DNA of 64,000 bases, taken from NCBI GenBank assembly GCA_010356995.1, contig ML996713.1, positions 1 to 64,000 on the forward strand. Reading direction: 5' to 3'. Under the pieces are notes generated by a model. The model was not told the origin of the DNA. It worked only from the letters and a program-made list of their open reading frames with translations, and searched no databases. Shown here piece after piece: positions 48,516 to 61,450 of the stretch. This DNA is from Trichodelitschia bisporula (taxonomy: Eukaryota). Positions within the stretch are counted from its first letter, which is position 1. Each line of letters starts with the position of its first letter. The translations under genes were made by a program, and so were the position numbers.

Positions 48516-50216
48516 ATGTCTTTCAACGCAACCCAGTCCCAGGCTCCTGACGCCCGCAAGAACGGTGACCTCTACCGCGACTACGTCGACGACAAGAACG
48601 CTCCCTCGCAGGACACTCTCTACGCTGCCAGCAATGGCGCCCCGATCGCCCACCCCTACGAGTCGCAGCGTGCCGGCGAGAACGGCCCGCTTCTGCTGCA
48701 GGACTTCCACCTGATCGACCTCCTCTCGCACTTTGACCGCGAGCGCATCCCGGAGCGCGTTGTCCACGCCAAGGGCAGCGGTGCCCACGGTTTCTACCGC
48801 ACCACAGATTCGCTCGAGGACCTGTCTCTCGCCGATGTCTTTAAGCCCGGCAAGACCGTCCCCATCACCATTCGCTTCTCCACCGTCGGCGGTGAGATGG
48901 GCTCCGCCGACTGCGCCCGCGACCCTCGCGGCTTCGCTATGAAGTTCCGCACCGAGGAGGGCAACTGGGACCTTGTTGCCAACAACACTCCCGTCTTCTT
49001 CCTGCGCGACCCGGCCAAGTTCCCGCACTTCATCCACACCCAGAAACGCCACCCCGCCACGAACCTCGGCGCCGCCGATGACAGCACCATGTTCTGGGAC
49101 TACCTGTCCCAAAACCCCGAGTCGGTGCACCAGGTCATGGTGCTCATGGGCGACCGTGGCATCCCCGACGGTTACCGGTACATGCACGGCTACTCCGGCC
49201 ACACGTTCAAGCTCGTCAACGCTCAGGGCGAGTGGGTGTACGCCCAGTTCCACATGAAGTCCAAGCAGGGCACCCGCTTCCTGACCAATGACCAGGCTGC
49301 CACCAAGGGCCCCGACTACTCGCAGCGCGACCTGTACGAGGCCATCGAGCGCGGCGAGTATCCCGGCTGGGACTTTGCGGTCCAGACTGTGACTCCCAAG
49401 CAGGCCGAGGAGATGTGGGAGAAGGAGGGCATCAATGTCTTCGACCTGACCCACGTCTGGCCGCAGGGCAAGTACCCGCTGCGCAAGGTCGGCGAGTTCT
49501 TCCTCAACGAAAACGCGAAGAACTACTTTGCCGAGGTCGAGCAGGCAGCCTTCAGCCCGTCGCACCTGGTGCCCGGTATCGAGCCGTCGGCCGACCCCGT
49601 CCTGCAGAGCCGCCTCTTCTCGTACCCCGATACCCACCGCCACCGCCTGGGCACCAACTACGCGCAGCTGCCGGTCAACGCTCCTCGCGTTCCTTACCGC
49701 TTCGCCAACTTTCAGCGCAACGGCGCCATGGCCTTCTACAACCAGGGCGGGCGCGAGAACTACCTGTCGTCGATTTCGCCGATCAACTTCCGCAAGCGCG
49801 CCGTCGATGCGGACGCCACGCACGCGCACTGGACCGGCGAGATGGTCACGTTCCTCTCTGAGATCCGGCCCGAGGATTTCCAGGCACCGCGGGCGCTGTG
49901 GGAGAAGGTGTGGGACGAGGGTGCGCGCAGCCGCTTCGTTGAGACCGTTGCTGGCAACATGTCCCGCTGCGGCGACAAGGAGATCATCAAGCGCCAGATT
50001 GGCATCTTCCGCGAGGTCAGCGATGATATGGCGACGCGCCTGGAGAAGGCGACGGGCGTGCAGGGCTACCCCGGCATCAAGGGGTTGCGGTTCAACGGGA
50101 GCCACAACGGCATGGCGGAGGAGAAGAGCCTGCGTGCTGCGAACGGGCAGGAGCAGAGCCGCGCGTGGGAGGCTAAGAACAACAACGGTGCCCCGAGGGC
50201 GGGGACACACCACTGA
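48516..50216 (+). CDS. cat: Monofunctional heme catalase (small subunit)
   Basis: FDRERIPERVVHAKGSG (distal His), RDPRGFAMKF and RLFSYPDTHRHRLG (proximal Tyr); intronless, 566 aa. Confidence 0.97.
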   Translation: MSFNATQSQAPDARKNGDLYRDYVDDKNAPSQDTLYAASNGAPIAHPYESQRAGENGPLLLQDFHLIDLLSHFDRERIPERVVHAKGSGAHGFYRTTDSLEDLSLADVFKPGKTVPITIRFSTVGGEMGSADCARDPRGFAMKFRTEEGNWDLVANNTPVFFLRDPAKFPHFIHTQKRHPATNLGAADDSTMFWDYLSQNPESVHQVMVLMGDRGIPDGYRYMHGYSGHTFKLVNAQGEWVYAQFHMKSKQGTRFLTNDQAATKGPDYSQRDLYEAIERGEYPGWDFAVQTVTPKQAEEMWEKEGINVFDLTHVWPQGKYPLRKVGEFFLNENAKNYFAEVEQAAFSPSHLVPGIEPSADPVLQSRLFSYPDTHRHRLGTNYAQLPVNAPRVPYRFANFQRNGAMAFYNQGGRENYLSSISPINFRKRAVDADATHAHWTGEMVTFLSEIRPEDFQAPRALWEKVWDEGARSRFVETVAGNMSRCGDKEIIKRQIGIFREVSDDMATRLEKATGVQGYPGIKGLRFNGSHNGMAEEKSLRAANGQEQSRAWEAKNNNGAPRAGTHH

Positions 50217-50786
50217 TGTGTTTGTTTTTTGGGATCTGAGCGAAAATGTCAATGTTTGAAGACTGAGCGATTTGACGAAGTGAGAAATAGTAGCATGAAC
50301 GAATGAAAATCCACTCCACTTTGCTTGACAGTTGTGACCGTTTCAATGCTTGTTTCGAGTATGTCCCAAGACAGCCCTATCCTGACAGCAAGCCAAACGC
50401 GGCGATGATCCAGCGCGATATCACGGGCATCGGACAAGGCCCCAAGGCGATTCGGACCTGCGGGAGCGAAGCGCCGACAACCTGACCGCTACAACAAGGA
50501 CTGGCTCGCCCGACTCAAGAATCCGCTGAGACAGCCTCAACGTTTCAACCTCCTGAACTTCAATACACTTCACCCAGCCATGTCTGCGGCTTCCCCCGAG
50601 ACTGACCTCTCCGATGCAGCCTCTCGTTGCAAAAGGGGGCCGTGGAGGTCTGCAAACAGCGGCAAAAGGAGGTGATGCCTGACACCTCTGCTGCTGCCTT
50701 ATCGCCTTATTGCCTGGCTGATTCTGGTGCCTGAGGCAGCTCGGACCGTCTCCCCCCCCGCCCGCGGCCAATTATTGGCGTGCGGG

Positions 50787-50833
50787 ACTGAGAGGAGAGG
50801 AGAGGAGAGGAGGAGAGAGTGAGGAGAGAGAGA
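50787..50833 (+). repeat. GA-rich (GAGAG)n microsatellite in the promoter/5' region of the PHD gene
   Basis: gagaggagaggagaggagaggaggagagagtgaggagagagaga. Confidence 0.8.
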
Positions 50834-51070
50834 CAAGACGCCCACAAGCACCCTTCAGACAACTTCGTCAGACACCGTCCACGGGACCTTCCGCACTCCT
50901 TTCAGACTCTCCAATCCATTCCTAGCACCAGTTTCCCACAAACACTTCCTTTCCCACCTCATTCGCCCTCTTCCCGCCCAGCTGCGAGCTGTGAGCTGCG
51001 AGCTTCGACGCAACCACACACGCTCACTGCGCGACGAACTACAACTGCGAATCTTATGCCCCGCGCTGCA

Positions 51071-52756
51071 ATGTCGCCGCGGCGGTCTTCGCGCGCGCGT
51101 ACGGCGATACCTGCTCCGCTGGCGCCGTCTCACAGCGCCTCTGGGAGCAGTAGTAGCTCGCGGGCGGAGCGCGCGACGCGGTCTGGCAAAGCCGCCTCTC
51201 CGCAGAAGTCTGGCACACCGGCGAGTTTATCGTCTTCGGAAGTTGGTGCTGCTGAGGCGGCGCTGGCGACAAGACGAAGTGGGCGCCGCGTGGAGGTTGA
51301 GGAGGGAGAGGCGGAGGAGGAAGAGGAGGATATTGTTGAGGATGAGGAGACCACACGGTGTATATGTGGATTGCTTGACTATCCTGGCCCGCCTGATGGG
51401 AAGGGCAGGGTGCTCGGTGTAGGAGAGGATGGGCAGCCGGATGAGGCGGGAGGCCTGTTCATCCAGTGCGATAATTGTAAGGTGTGGCAGCATGGTGGGT
51501 GCGTGGGGATTATGGAGCAGGAGTCGGCGCCCGAGAACTACTTCTGTGAAGAGTGCAAGCCGGAGCTGCACCATTTGTTCAAGAGTGTGAGCGGGTAAGT
51601 TTCGATCTGGTCTGCTACGAAGTGACAATGCTGACAGCAAAAGGCAAAGATACTCCCGCTACCTTCCCGTGCAGGAGAAGCTGCACCCTAAGCCGCACCG
51701 CAAGTCCGTCACTAAGGAGCCTGAGCTCAATAAACAATCTGCCAAGGACAAGGCGGCACGGCTCGCCGCCGAGGCCTTCACGAAGCGGCGCTCGACAATG
51801 AACAGCCGAGCAGCCTATGACGAGGACGAGGTGCTACGGAAGGTGATAGAGGAAAGCAAGGTCGAGGGCACGGCGCCGCCAGAGAGCAGCAGAAAGGGCA
51901 AGCGTCCGCGGGAAGAGAGCGAAGAGTAAGTTCCTCACAATGCGATTGCGGGTTATCTAACGTGGACAGAGCACGCTCCGACGTCAAGCGACAGCGCACG
52001 GGCACCACGTCCCCGACGTCATCCCACTCACGCGCCGTCTCCCTTGCCGTCGAATCAGACCATGAGCGCAAGAAGGCGCCTCCACGTGGGGCAGCGGCAC
52101 GTAGCCAGCGTGAGAAGGAGATGCGCGAGCGCGAGCGGGAGCGCCAGGAGGCTGCGAACAAGCGCAAGGGACGAGCGGAGCGGCGTCGTGCAGAGGGTAA
52201 GTGCTCGGTGTTGCAGCAAAAAGTTGTATTGTCGACTGACGGCTGCGTTGCAGACTCCGAACCTGTCGAAGATCCCAAGCCCAATTCTCCCGAAGACCCC
52301 CCTGCCCCAGCGGACCCGCCATCTGTTCCGCCCAGTCTGTCGACTAAGAAGCGACCGCTTCCGCAGAAACGGGGACGCAGTGGACGCGGACAGAATACGC
52401 GGGAGAATAGCACGCACGAAGGGTCGCCGACGCGCAAGGGGAAGGACAAATCGAGTGCCAGCCCTAAGGAGGGTGACGCGGGCAGCGGGGCGGATAGCGC
52501 GGCAACGGGCACGACGGCGAATAACCGCAAGGGCGGGAACAAGGCGGACAAAGGGGGCAAGGACCCGACGATGGGGGAGCTGAAGCGTCGTGCCGCTGCG
52601 ATGCTGGACTTTATTGCCCAGAGCCAGGTGGAGATGGCGCGGGCGGGGGGGAAGGGACTTACGATGGGGGGTGTAGAGGTGGAGGGGAGTGCGAAGCTGG
52701 CGGATGTGCTGGCGACGAAGCTGGTTAAGTGGCAGAATGAGTATGGGAAGTATTGA
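51071..52756 (+). CDS. CTI6: PHD finger protein, Cti6-like (Rpd3L-associated)
   Basis: MSPRRSSRAR, TRCICG, LFIQCDNCKVWQHGGCVGI, YFCEECKPELH, KRRSTMNSRAAYDE and ELKRRAAAMLDFI...KLVKWQNEYG; three introns. Confidence 0.85.
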
Positions 52757-53690
52757 TTGAGGGGCTAATGGGGATGGACTTGAGGGACTGGAGTGATGAC
52801 GGATGATAACACCGGCGTATGGATGTGGGTTTTTGGGGATGAGGATGGGGGACGGATAATTTGCAATGACATTTTGATTTTCGCTCTCGGAGGTGACGAT
52901 GTCCGATATCATGCAGTTGCCCGCGATATCAAAGCATCATAGTGAACCTCAGGCATTCAACTGTAGTGATAATGCCTCGTTGCCTTTTGGGTTACGTGGC
53001 TTGGAAGATGAAAATTGGCAGTTGACGAGTTGTGTGGGCAGAAGTGGTTGACTGGACGGCCTTCGATTGACTTCTGTCTCTCGCCAAATTGTGCCTCACT
53101 ACAGTACTGTGTGCGTGGTCTCTCCCTTCCAACTTCCTTACTCATCAATCTCTCTCGGACTCCGCACCACTGGGCCACCTGCAAAGAGCCAAGACTCTCA
53201 GTGAGCACATCCGAACACACAACGCTCCGTCGGCACCTTGCAAGGCACCGCCAACGACACCTCATCGCTTCTGCAACCACCACCACTTGAACTTCCAAGC
53301 CTTCCACTCTTCTTCTTCTTCTGCTGCCCTGAGCTTTTCCCCCATCTGCTGTTCTTTGACCTCTTGTACTTTGTGCAAATCCTCTACTGCATTCCTCCGT
53401 TGCATCGTAGCAATCGCTCCTCCTCCCCCTCCCCCTCCCCCTTCTTCAATACGCCACTGTACACGCTTCCTGCCAGCTCTCATATCTCCCCCACCTCCAC
53501 CTCCCTCTTTGCTCGGTCTCCGCTGACCACGAGTGCCACTTCACCTTGCACTTTGTGAGTTCAACCTATCCTTTCACCAGCTCTACACTTCTCCATTGCC
53601 GACACGACCACTCATCCCTCACCAGCCACCTGCACACCGATCCGCTTACAGTACTCGCAGTGCATTTGTCAACTGTTGCACCGCTCAGTG

Positions 53691-55466
53691 ATGGCTGCAA
53701 CAGGTACGTAGTTCCGTTACTTTTCTCTGACACCTGAACTCCAACACGTTCCCCTCCTCACCCCGCTATCGACTATGAACATGGGCATGTTGCTGAGCAA
53801 GCAAACTCCAGGAGGATACGAGTGGCGGTCGTCACCACCTCCTCGACACTCACCCAATCCCAGCATCTACTCGCCTGTCTATCCTGACCGTCCTATTCGA
53901 CCGCTCCCCAAACGCCACCTGAGAGACCGCCTCTCGGCTAAAGAGCGAGAGAACATCGTCTTCCCTCCGAACCCGCCTACCACGCCTCCGATATTCGGCT
54001 ACCCATACGTGCCCAAGGACAAGCCGGCCTCGACTCGCCGCGCCCCACACACGTGCGACAACTGCCGTCATGATGACTCGGATAGTGACGAGGGCAGTGA
54101 CGGCGGCGTGGTCTTTTCACCGGACCGGCACGACGCCAGAGTAGGGCGTACATACACTCTCCCAGTTCGGCCGAGCGAGAATAAGGCGGCACCGGACTCG
54201 GCTGCATCAAGCGCCGACGGGTACGATTCATTTGAAAATACAAACAACAAAAAGAAACGCAAGATTCCGCAGTCCAATGTCGGCCACCATACCACGCTGT
54301 CGCCTGAGATGGCCAATATGGGACTGCGCAGCACGACTTCGGACGAGGTTGACAGCGGTGCCTCATATCAGAGCCCCAGCTCGACGGCTGCATCGAGTGC
54401 CGGCACCGGCGTATCTGGCCCCGCGCGGGTGAGGTACGGTCGGTCGGGGCGCGGATCGATGGATCGGCGGCCGCTGGCGTCGTCGACGAACGGGGTGAAT
54501 GGTAACATTACGTCGCCGCGGCGCGGGGCAAGGACGGGTAAGGGTCCCTCGCTAAAGATTTAAATCCCGCACTAACACACGTGTCCAGGCTCCGCCGAAC
54601 CTGGCATCATCTCCGCCGCGATCGCAAGCGCGCAGACCACGCCTCAAAAGGGCAACGAAAATGTCAGTCTACTGTCGCAGGACCCCAAGTCGCCACCCCA
54701 AAAAACGGCCTTTACGTTCACCTGCGAATCGGACAAGCCCGTGTGGCCCGGCGGCCACAGCCAGGCGTCAGCTGCTTACCCTGCACAGACGCGTCGCCCG
54801 CAACCTGCCATGCAGTCGAGTCCTTCCGCGATCAGCACTGCCGCCGCCAACGCCGTCGTCGCTGGTGCGCCGCAACAACAGCCGCCTGCGCAGGCCGGTG
54901 CTCAAGCTCCGCCTCCACCGCCTCCAGATAAGAAAACCCGTCCCCGTCGCCCCGGTCGCGTCTACACACTGGCTGCCCGGCAACGTCGCCTGCAGCAGGA
55001 GTACGCCAACTACCACCATCCGCCGCGTCGGGAAGACATGTGGATCTGCGAATTCTGCGAGTACGAAGCGATCTTCGGAGCCCCGCCGGCAGCTCTGATC
55101 CGGCAGTACGAGATCAAGGACCGCAAGGAACAGAAGCGGCTTGCTGAGAAGCGGCGCTTGCTCGAGAAGGCGAAGATGAAGGGTCGGAAGGGGAAGAAGG
55201 GTGCTGGCAAGGGCGGGGGCAAGAATGCTCCACCTCCTGCGGCGCCGGCGCATACGAACCAGCAGCGTGCGTATGAGGCGCAAGAGGAGGCAGAGGAGGA
55301 GGAGTATTATGATGATGAGTATGGGGACGAGGAAGAGGAGGGTGCGTATGCGGAACAAGCTCCGTATGGGCCGGGGCAGGGGCAGGCTACTGCTGGTGCC
55401 ACTGGGGGTGGAGGTGGTGGTGGAGGAGGGAGACTAGTTGGTAGTCCGGGTGGTCGAGGAGCGTGA
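53691..55466 (+). CDS. Conserved fungal hypothetical protein with WICEFCEYE motif
   Basis: Probable 13-nt first exon (ATGGCTGCAACAG, 53691-53703) spliced in frame to 53812. Motifs YPDRPIRPLPKR, DGYDSFENTNNKKKRKIP and WICEFCEYEAIFG..P.ALIRQYEIKDR; intron at about 54538-54588. Confidence 0.8.
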
Positions 55467-58400
55467 TTGCTAGAGGCCCCTGGGTAGGCATTGTTGAGTG
55501 CGGTGTTTGTCTTGCTGTTGGCCTCGTTCGAGGTTGACGTTGTTCGACAGTATGCTTGGGCGTGATGAAGAATGAGGAGCCTGTGCATAGGGATAAACGG
55601 GGGTGTGGATGGTGCCTGTAGAGGCGCGTGGTTAGTATTGTTGCTTGAGTAATTCTGTTCGGTATGGTCATGGTCTGTGTATCTAGGCTTTTGGTCATAC
55701 TGGCGCTTGCTTTCTCCGCTCTGGCTTGGGTTGGTGGTTGTGGAGGAGGTGGTGTTTGTGTGAGGTGATGTAAGGGGTTGTTGTAGTGGATGTCAGTGGT
55801 GCATTCGGCATGGGATCGGGCGTCGATGGGCATTGGGTTGGTGGGTAGATAGGTGGGGTAGGGATATGATGTCAGTAGGGGTAGATGTGGGTATGGTCAA
55901 TGGCATTTTTGGTGAATTGCGGGATGGTGATGTGTGCTGTTGCTGGTGAGGTGGTGGATGGTTGGAGGGCGGGAACAGAGAGGTACGTAGCTGTAGTTGT
56001 TGTTTGATAGCAACTGGACTGACGAATGCTAAGCTGTGCCTAGTTTGATCGTGGTGTTTGCCCTGCCATGGACGATGGAAGCTCGTGATGTCGTCGGCTT
56101 GCTCACCCTTGAGTCATAAAGGGAAAAAGGAGGATTTATACTCCCCTTCCCTCCCTTCCATTCGAACTCGACATATTCGCTTCATTCAGTATATACCCGT
56201 CTCCGGTCTATCATCAACACGTTATCAGCACCATGCGCGCTGAGGTCGAACACACGGAGAAGCTACGCGAGGCCATTCGCCCTCTGCTAGGCCCAAAGGC
56301 CTTACATCTGCATACATCCCCATGGTCTATCGTTACGTCAAAGGGCCCTCTGCAGCGCAATTGAAGGCCAGCCTGGTCCCAGAGCGGCCTCGGGCATCGT
56401 AGAAGGCTGCGACTGAGGAGCAGCCTGTTGCGCGACCGCCGGTTTCGGATTTACTCCAGCGCTTCACCCCGCCGCCGGGCCGGGCGTCCCACGCCTGCAC
56501 CGCGTGGCAATAGTCGGCTGGAGCGTGTGTTTGGCAGGTGCTGGTGTGTTAATGGAGAGGGGGAGCGAAGGGTACTGGCTGGCTGCATTGTGACTCGTGG
56601 GAGGGGACGGAGAATGGTATTAACCTTTCCGACTTCTTGAGGGAATGGTTCTAATAGGGAGTGCAACTGACTAGATGCTACTTTTTCTGGTAGGGGACTG
56701 CGAAGCCTTGCGATGCAGCGATACCGCGGTTACTGGTGTTACGGTCATCCTCATCCTCACAAGAATCACCGGCGACCCACTTCTCTCCTCCACAATTCCC
56801 CTCACTGGGCGCCTTGCCACGTTTCATCGTTTCTGGAAGGAGGCTTGATGGTGCCTCTGAGATAAACGGTTGGTGACTGTCGACTGCACGCCACGGAGAC
56901 GTGCTATAGCTGCCGCGAGTTCGGAGGAGTGGTTCGGAGTGGGTAGTATGCCGATCTAGCCTGTCGTCCGGCCTTTCCACGCCTCCATCGTATGGCAATG
57001 GATGGACCTGAGATGAAGGCGATGGAGGACGGGGTTGGTGGGAGTTTGGTGGGTGTAGCGAAGCGACGGAGAAACACCTGCACCTTTAGCCGGTATGAGC
57101 GCATCTGATACTCCAATCCATTCGGGAGAGAATGGTATGGAACCATGCCAATGCCTTTACGCAGATATGTACTAATTGGAGCAGTATCTTTGACTAGTTC
57201 CAGCTGCTCCTTGCGCTGGGAAGCCGTTGGACTCTCGAGATGGACACCGGTGCGGCGGGCGGCGAGACCACGATCCTCGCCGCCCGTACAACAATCACCA
57301 GCACCCCATTCCTCCAGCTCATCCCCCCGTCTGCAAACCCCGCCCCGTCCCATCGGACAACATCAATGGTCCTGGTCCCAATCCCAGTCTTTCTCTTCTA
57401 CGCCAGTGCGGCTTGCTCGTCCCGGCGGCTCGGGATCCGCAGTATGAGCGGGCCTCCTTCGCTTTCCGGAGCTGCTCGTCCGTGACTTCCTCGAACTTCT
57501 CCACGAATCAATGCCCTGAGAATAGAGCACAGGCACCCGTTGCGCGGTCGCGATCTTAATCCAGGACCTCGCTGATGCTCGGATACCTTGACGATTCCGC
57601 AGCAACGCTCTCCGCCGGCTCCACTGACGGGTGGTTCCACACCAGTGATATCAGCCGTCTCTCGGGCGGAGTACTTATATACTGAAAGTACACGGCTAGC
57701 AATTCTCGGCATCCAAGGTCGAAGCCAAGTTATACGCACCTGATGTCGCGGACGGAGGAGGACGCACGTGCGACGCATAGGATGGACGCGGTGCGTGCGT
57801 TTGTGGTCCTCCGGCCTAGGGTCGGTGATATGAGAGGATTTGCAACACTGCATCCCGCACCATTGCCTTCAGCGGCCGACGAACCGTTGAGCAGCCTGCT
57901 GCCGTTCGCTGTTTCTGGAAACTTCTCAAGCTCGTCGAAGATGGGGAGTTTGCCACCATGCCTTCGGGGTCTTCGCGGTCGCGCTGCTCGGCGGCATATC
58001 CGGGAACTTCAGCATGCAAGTCAACATCTGCTCTTTGGGCGTGGAACACAGCGGGAGTGGCTGTGGACTGGGCCGATCTTCGGGGGCTGATTTTGCATGG
58101 CGGAAGAGAGAAGCTCGATGGGCCTCGCCCTTCCTCACCCAGTGCTGCTATCTAATAATCCAACACAGGCTGAATGAGTTGCCGATGGGCCCCGGCTTCT
58201 CAGAAGTGCCAATGTCTGAGATTCCTCTCTGGATCCGATGAAACCATCGTGCGTGATGGACTTGAGGTCCCAGGTCTCCATTGTTTCGTCACCCGGATGC
58301 CATCATGCGCTGCATCGACCACCGACCATTTCTCTCTTTGACAACCACAACTGCTTCCCTTGCTATAACAAACTCCAAAACAACCACTTTCAACACCGAA

Positions 58401-58993
58401 CCTCCGGTTTGGTTTATCGTCGCACGTTATATCGACGTTTCGCACGTCCTGTGCAGGCGTCGGGCACACTAGGCACATATATGCTGTACCACTCAAACCC
58501 GCCAAACCGGGCAAACCACGCAAGGACTTTCTCCGTTACTATGATCCTCCGCCCGCCCCCGGTGACCAAGACCTCAAACAGCTGAAGCACTGTCTACGCT
58601 CCTTCAGCGATGCGATACTTCCTACGAACCAAGAACCCGTACCAGCCATGCCGAGGCGCGCGCTAGCTCTAGCGCGGCTAGCACCTGAATACAACAAACG
58701 AAGGCGCCTTTCTGCGTTCCTGCCTCAATCAGGAAGATCTGATTCAAACCCCAGCATCTCGTTTGCCTAGCTAGGACTAACCTACCAATTCTTTGATCAC
58801 GGACGCTTTGGCAACTTGTTGTTATACCGAAGGCGTGCTTGAAAGTATGGTGTGCGGCTGCCGGACTTGCGGCACTTGACGACTAAATGAAGGATGTTTG
58901 CCGGTGTGCTTCGCCTAGAAACCGAACGCAATGGCCTGCGGCGCGGCTTCGGTAAGACGGTTTGGCTTTGATGGTAACATACGCTGGATTTCA

Positions 58994-59358
58994 ATCCTTG
59001 AGAACTATCTCCACGCCTTTGTCAACTTCCACCAAGATAATTGGGCTGAGCTCCCTCCTGTGGCAGAGTTCATGGCCAACAGCACAAATCAGCCAGTACA
59101 GGAGTCGCTCCTTTCGAGCTCCTCACAGGCAGAATTCCTGACATGGGAACACAGTCCCCTCGTCCGCTTTCAGAGCTCACAGCCCAAAGACGCACAGAGG
59201 CAGAGAAAGCGGATTCCGTAATGTATGGGCACCAGGAAGCCCAGGAGACGTGCCGCGCTCAGATGAGCTGGGTACAAGCAGTGCAGAAAGAGTTTGCGGA
59301 TCATCATAGGATACCGGCCCCGGCACTGAAGGTGGGAGACTGGGTAATGCTGAGCACG
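58994..59358 (+). mobile_element. Degenerate Ty3/gypsy LTR-retrotransposon integrase C-terminal fragment
   Basis: ILENYLHAFVNFHQDNWAELPPVAEFMANST, then a frameshift, then TGVAPFELLTG...AQMSWVQAVQKEFADHHRIPAPALKVGDWVMLST. This is typical of the gypsy integrase C-terminal region. No LTRs or RT were seen. Confidence 0.8.
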
Positions 59359-60574
59359 TCTCAAGGCATGATGGTAGTTGATAGTTTCTGCGCCAGAATG
59401 GTCCCGTCTCAAGCTCTTCGTGGTTTACGTTTGTCTCCCACTTTGATTGAAGTTCCCTTTAATGGATTGTATGAGAACCTTACTCCAGCATCTAGTCCAG
59501 AAACGGTGGCATCGCTTTCCTGCCTACACTTGCTCCACCCATAACTAGAACTAGGAACCGAAACGAACACAACCCCCCCGTGTATGCTCTCCATCCCCCA
59601 AAACTCCAGGAAAACGCCGCACGAAGCGCAAGCCGAAATGCCATAGTGACCGAAAGCAAGGTCTGTCCATAGGAGTCTATAGTGTGTCACGCCGTGTAAA
59701 CTTCAAGCTATTCGGAGGTCCGAGGGTCGGGCGGTTGGTGTATGATTTAGCGGATTTCTTCCTCATGAGAAGTAGTCTAGCGATGAGGGGCTGCGACTCC
59801 TCGATCCGCAAAAGGTCGTTCTTGCATGCCTTCTCGACCATAGGTCTGAGATGTTTCGGTGAGAACCATAGATCGACTGGAGATTTTATGGGAGTCTGGA
59901 CTTCTTCAAAGTGTGTCAGCTCAGAAAGCAATCAGAAAGAGCCTTTAGACAAAGCATGAACTCACCGCCGTCGATCGGTTTGCCGAAGTAAGAACACATT
60001 GTGATATAACGGGAAAGTGAATATATTGGGTGATGAGTGGGGATCGTGTCATATGGCTGAAAGTATTCGCTGATCGAGTCTGACATATCTGTGGCTGATG
60101 GCTGTGCTTTTAAGAGGCTGTTATTCGGCCTCCACAAGGCAACAATTGTCACTCAGGAAGCGTCCCTCAATAATTGTCACCAGCACTTACCGCCCAACAC
60201 CTGTCGCCCTAAAACATGAGTATAAAATGCACAGACACTCGCAAGCCTGCATCGCCAAAGAGCATGACAGATGGACGCCTCATTAGCAATCCACCAATTG
60301 ACTCATCCACATTTCCAAGACTGCCTGCTCGGGAAGCCGGAGACGTCAGCCTTACAGTCTTGGCCGACCAGGGCGGGGCTGTCGGAAGCACGCCGTCCTA
60401 TCTCCGGTTGCATAAAAGCGATGCACAGTTGCCGACGGTGATACAGTAGCCGGCCATGCCGGCCTACAGTAATATCAGATTCATAGCAGATTCATAGCAT
60501 TTCTACCCTCAAGCAGATTGTAAATCCAAACAACGGAACAATTCCGCCCCCCCCAGCCATCAAGCCTTTCCTAT

Positions 60575-61450
60575 CTACAACTTCTCACTCTTCAAGAAAA
60601 CCCCATAATTCCGCCTCAACCGCCAGAAACCAGCCTCCATCCCCTTAACATCAGCAAGCACCCTCTTCGTCCACTCCGTCTCATCCACCTTCTCAATCGC
60701 CGCCATATCCAACCCCTCCCCCTCAAACTCATGAATCGCAACCCAGGCCCCAGTCATCGCATCATCCTTCCGCACAAACCGATCCAGGATAGTCCCCTCG
60801 TCCACGCGGTACCGCCGCGTGCGCACATACCCGCGCACCTTGGACAGGAGCGGGACATGCTCCGCCCTGTACCACTTATCGATCTCAGCGGCATGCGCCT
60901 CGTCCTTGGGCTGGATAAACGCAGTAATGACCAGCGGCGCCGGGCGCCGCGCCGCGTGGTACGGCGCGTTGAGCGCGGACGCGGGGTTCTCATCCACCTG
61001 CACCGCGCCCATGAAGCGGGTATTAAACCACGCGTTCTTGAACACGCTGTTCAGCAGTTCCGGCTTCGGCTCAGACTGTCCGTCCAGAGCCAAAAACTCA
61101 TCCGTCTTGCGGTATGCAATGTCGTTGAACTCGTATAGCGTGAGCCAGCCGCCGAAGGCGAGCCATGAGGGAGGCTCGGTGGGGGTAGAGGGAGCCGCAG
61201 CGCGCGGGTCGGTGAGTTGGTGCAGCGGGATGGCTTCGTAGCGGGTTGCGGCGGGGACGCCGGGGAGGTCGACTACTTCGTCAACGTGGATGTTTTCGTA
61301 CCAGGTTACGAATTTGGAGGGGGGGAGTTTGGTCTCATCGAGCGTGGCGGAGGAGACGTAGAGGGTGCCTTGGACCATGGTTGCGGTTTGAGGGTAGTTG
61401 GTGGTTAGGTGTTCAGGAGGTAGTGAGGTAGGGTTGGAGGTGAGGGGCAT
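60575..61450 (-). CDS. Tandem EthD-like dimeric alpha-beta barrel protein
   Basis: Two repeats of the W-Y-x-x-x-H motif: FVTWYENIHVDEV and IDKWYRAEHVPLLSKVRGYVRTRRY. The start could be at 61498, 61450 or 61378. Confidence 0.8.
   Translation of the reverse strand: MPLTSNPTSLPPEHLTTNYPQTATMVQGTLYVSSATLDETKLPPSKFVTWYENIHVDEVVDLPGVPAATRYEAIPLHQLTDPRAAAPSTPTEPPSWLAFGGWLTLYEFNDIAYRKTDEFLALDGQSEPKPELLNSVFKNAWFNTRFMGAVQVDENPASALNAPYHAARRPAPLVITAFIQPKDEAHAAEIDKWYRAEHVPLLSKVRGYVRTRRYRVDEGTILDRFVRKDDAMTGAWVAIHEFEGEGLDMAAIEKVDETEWTKRVLADVKGMEAGFWRLRRNYGVFLKSEKL

Noticed and set aside
48414..50252. 612-aa antisense ORF overlapping catalase
   Set aside because: Shadow ORF explained by the strong C/G third-position bias of the catalase codons; no independent motif.
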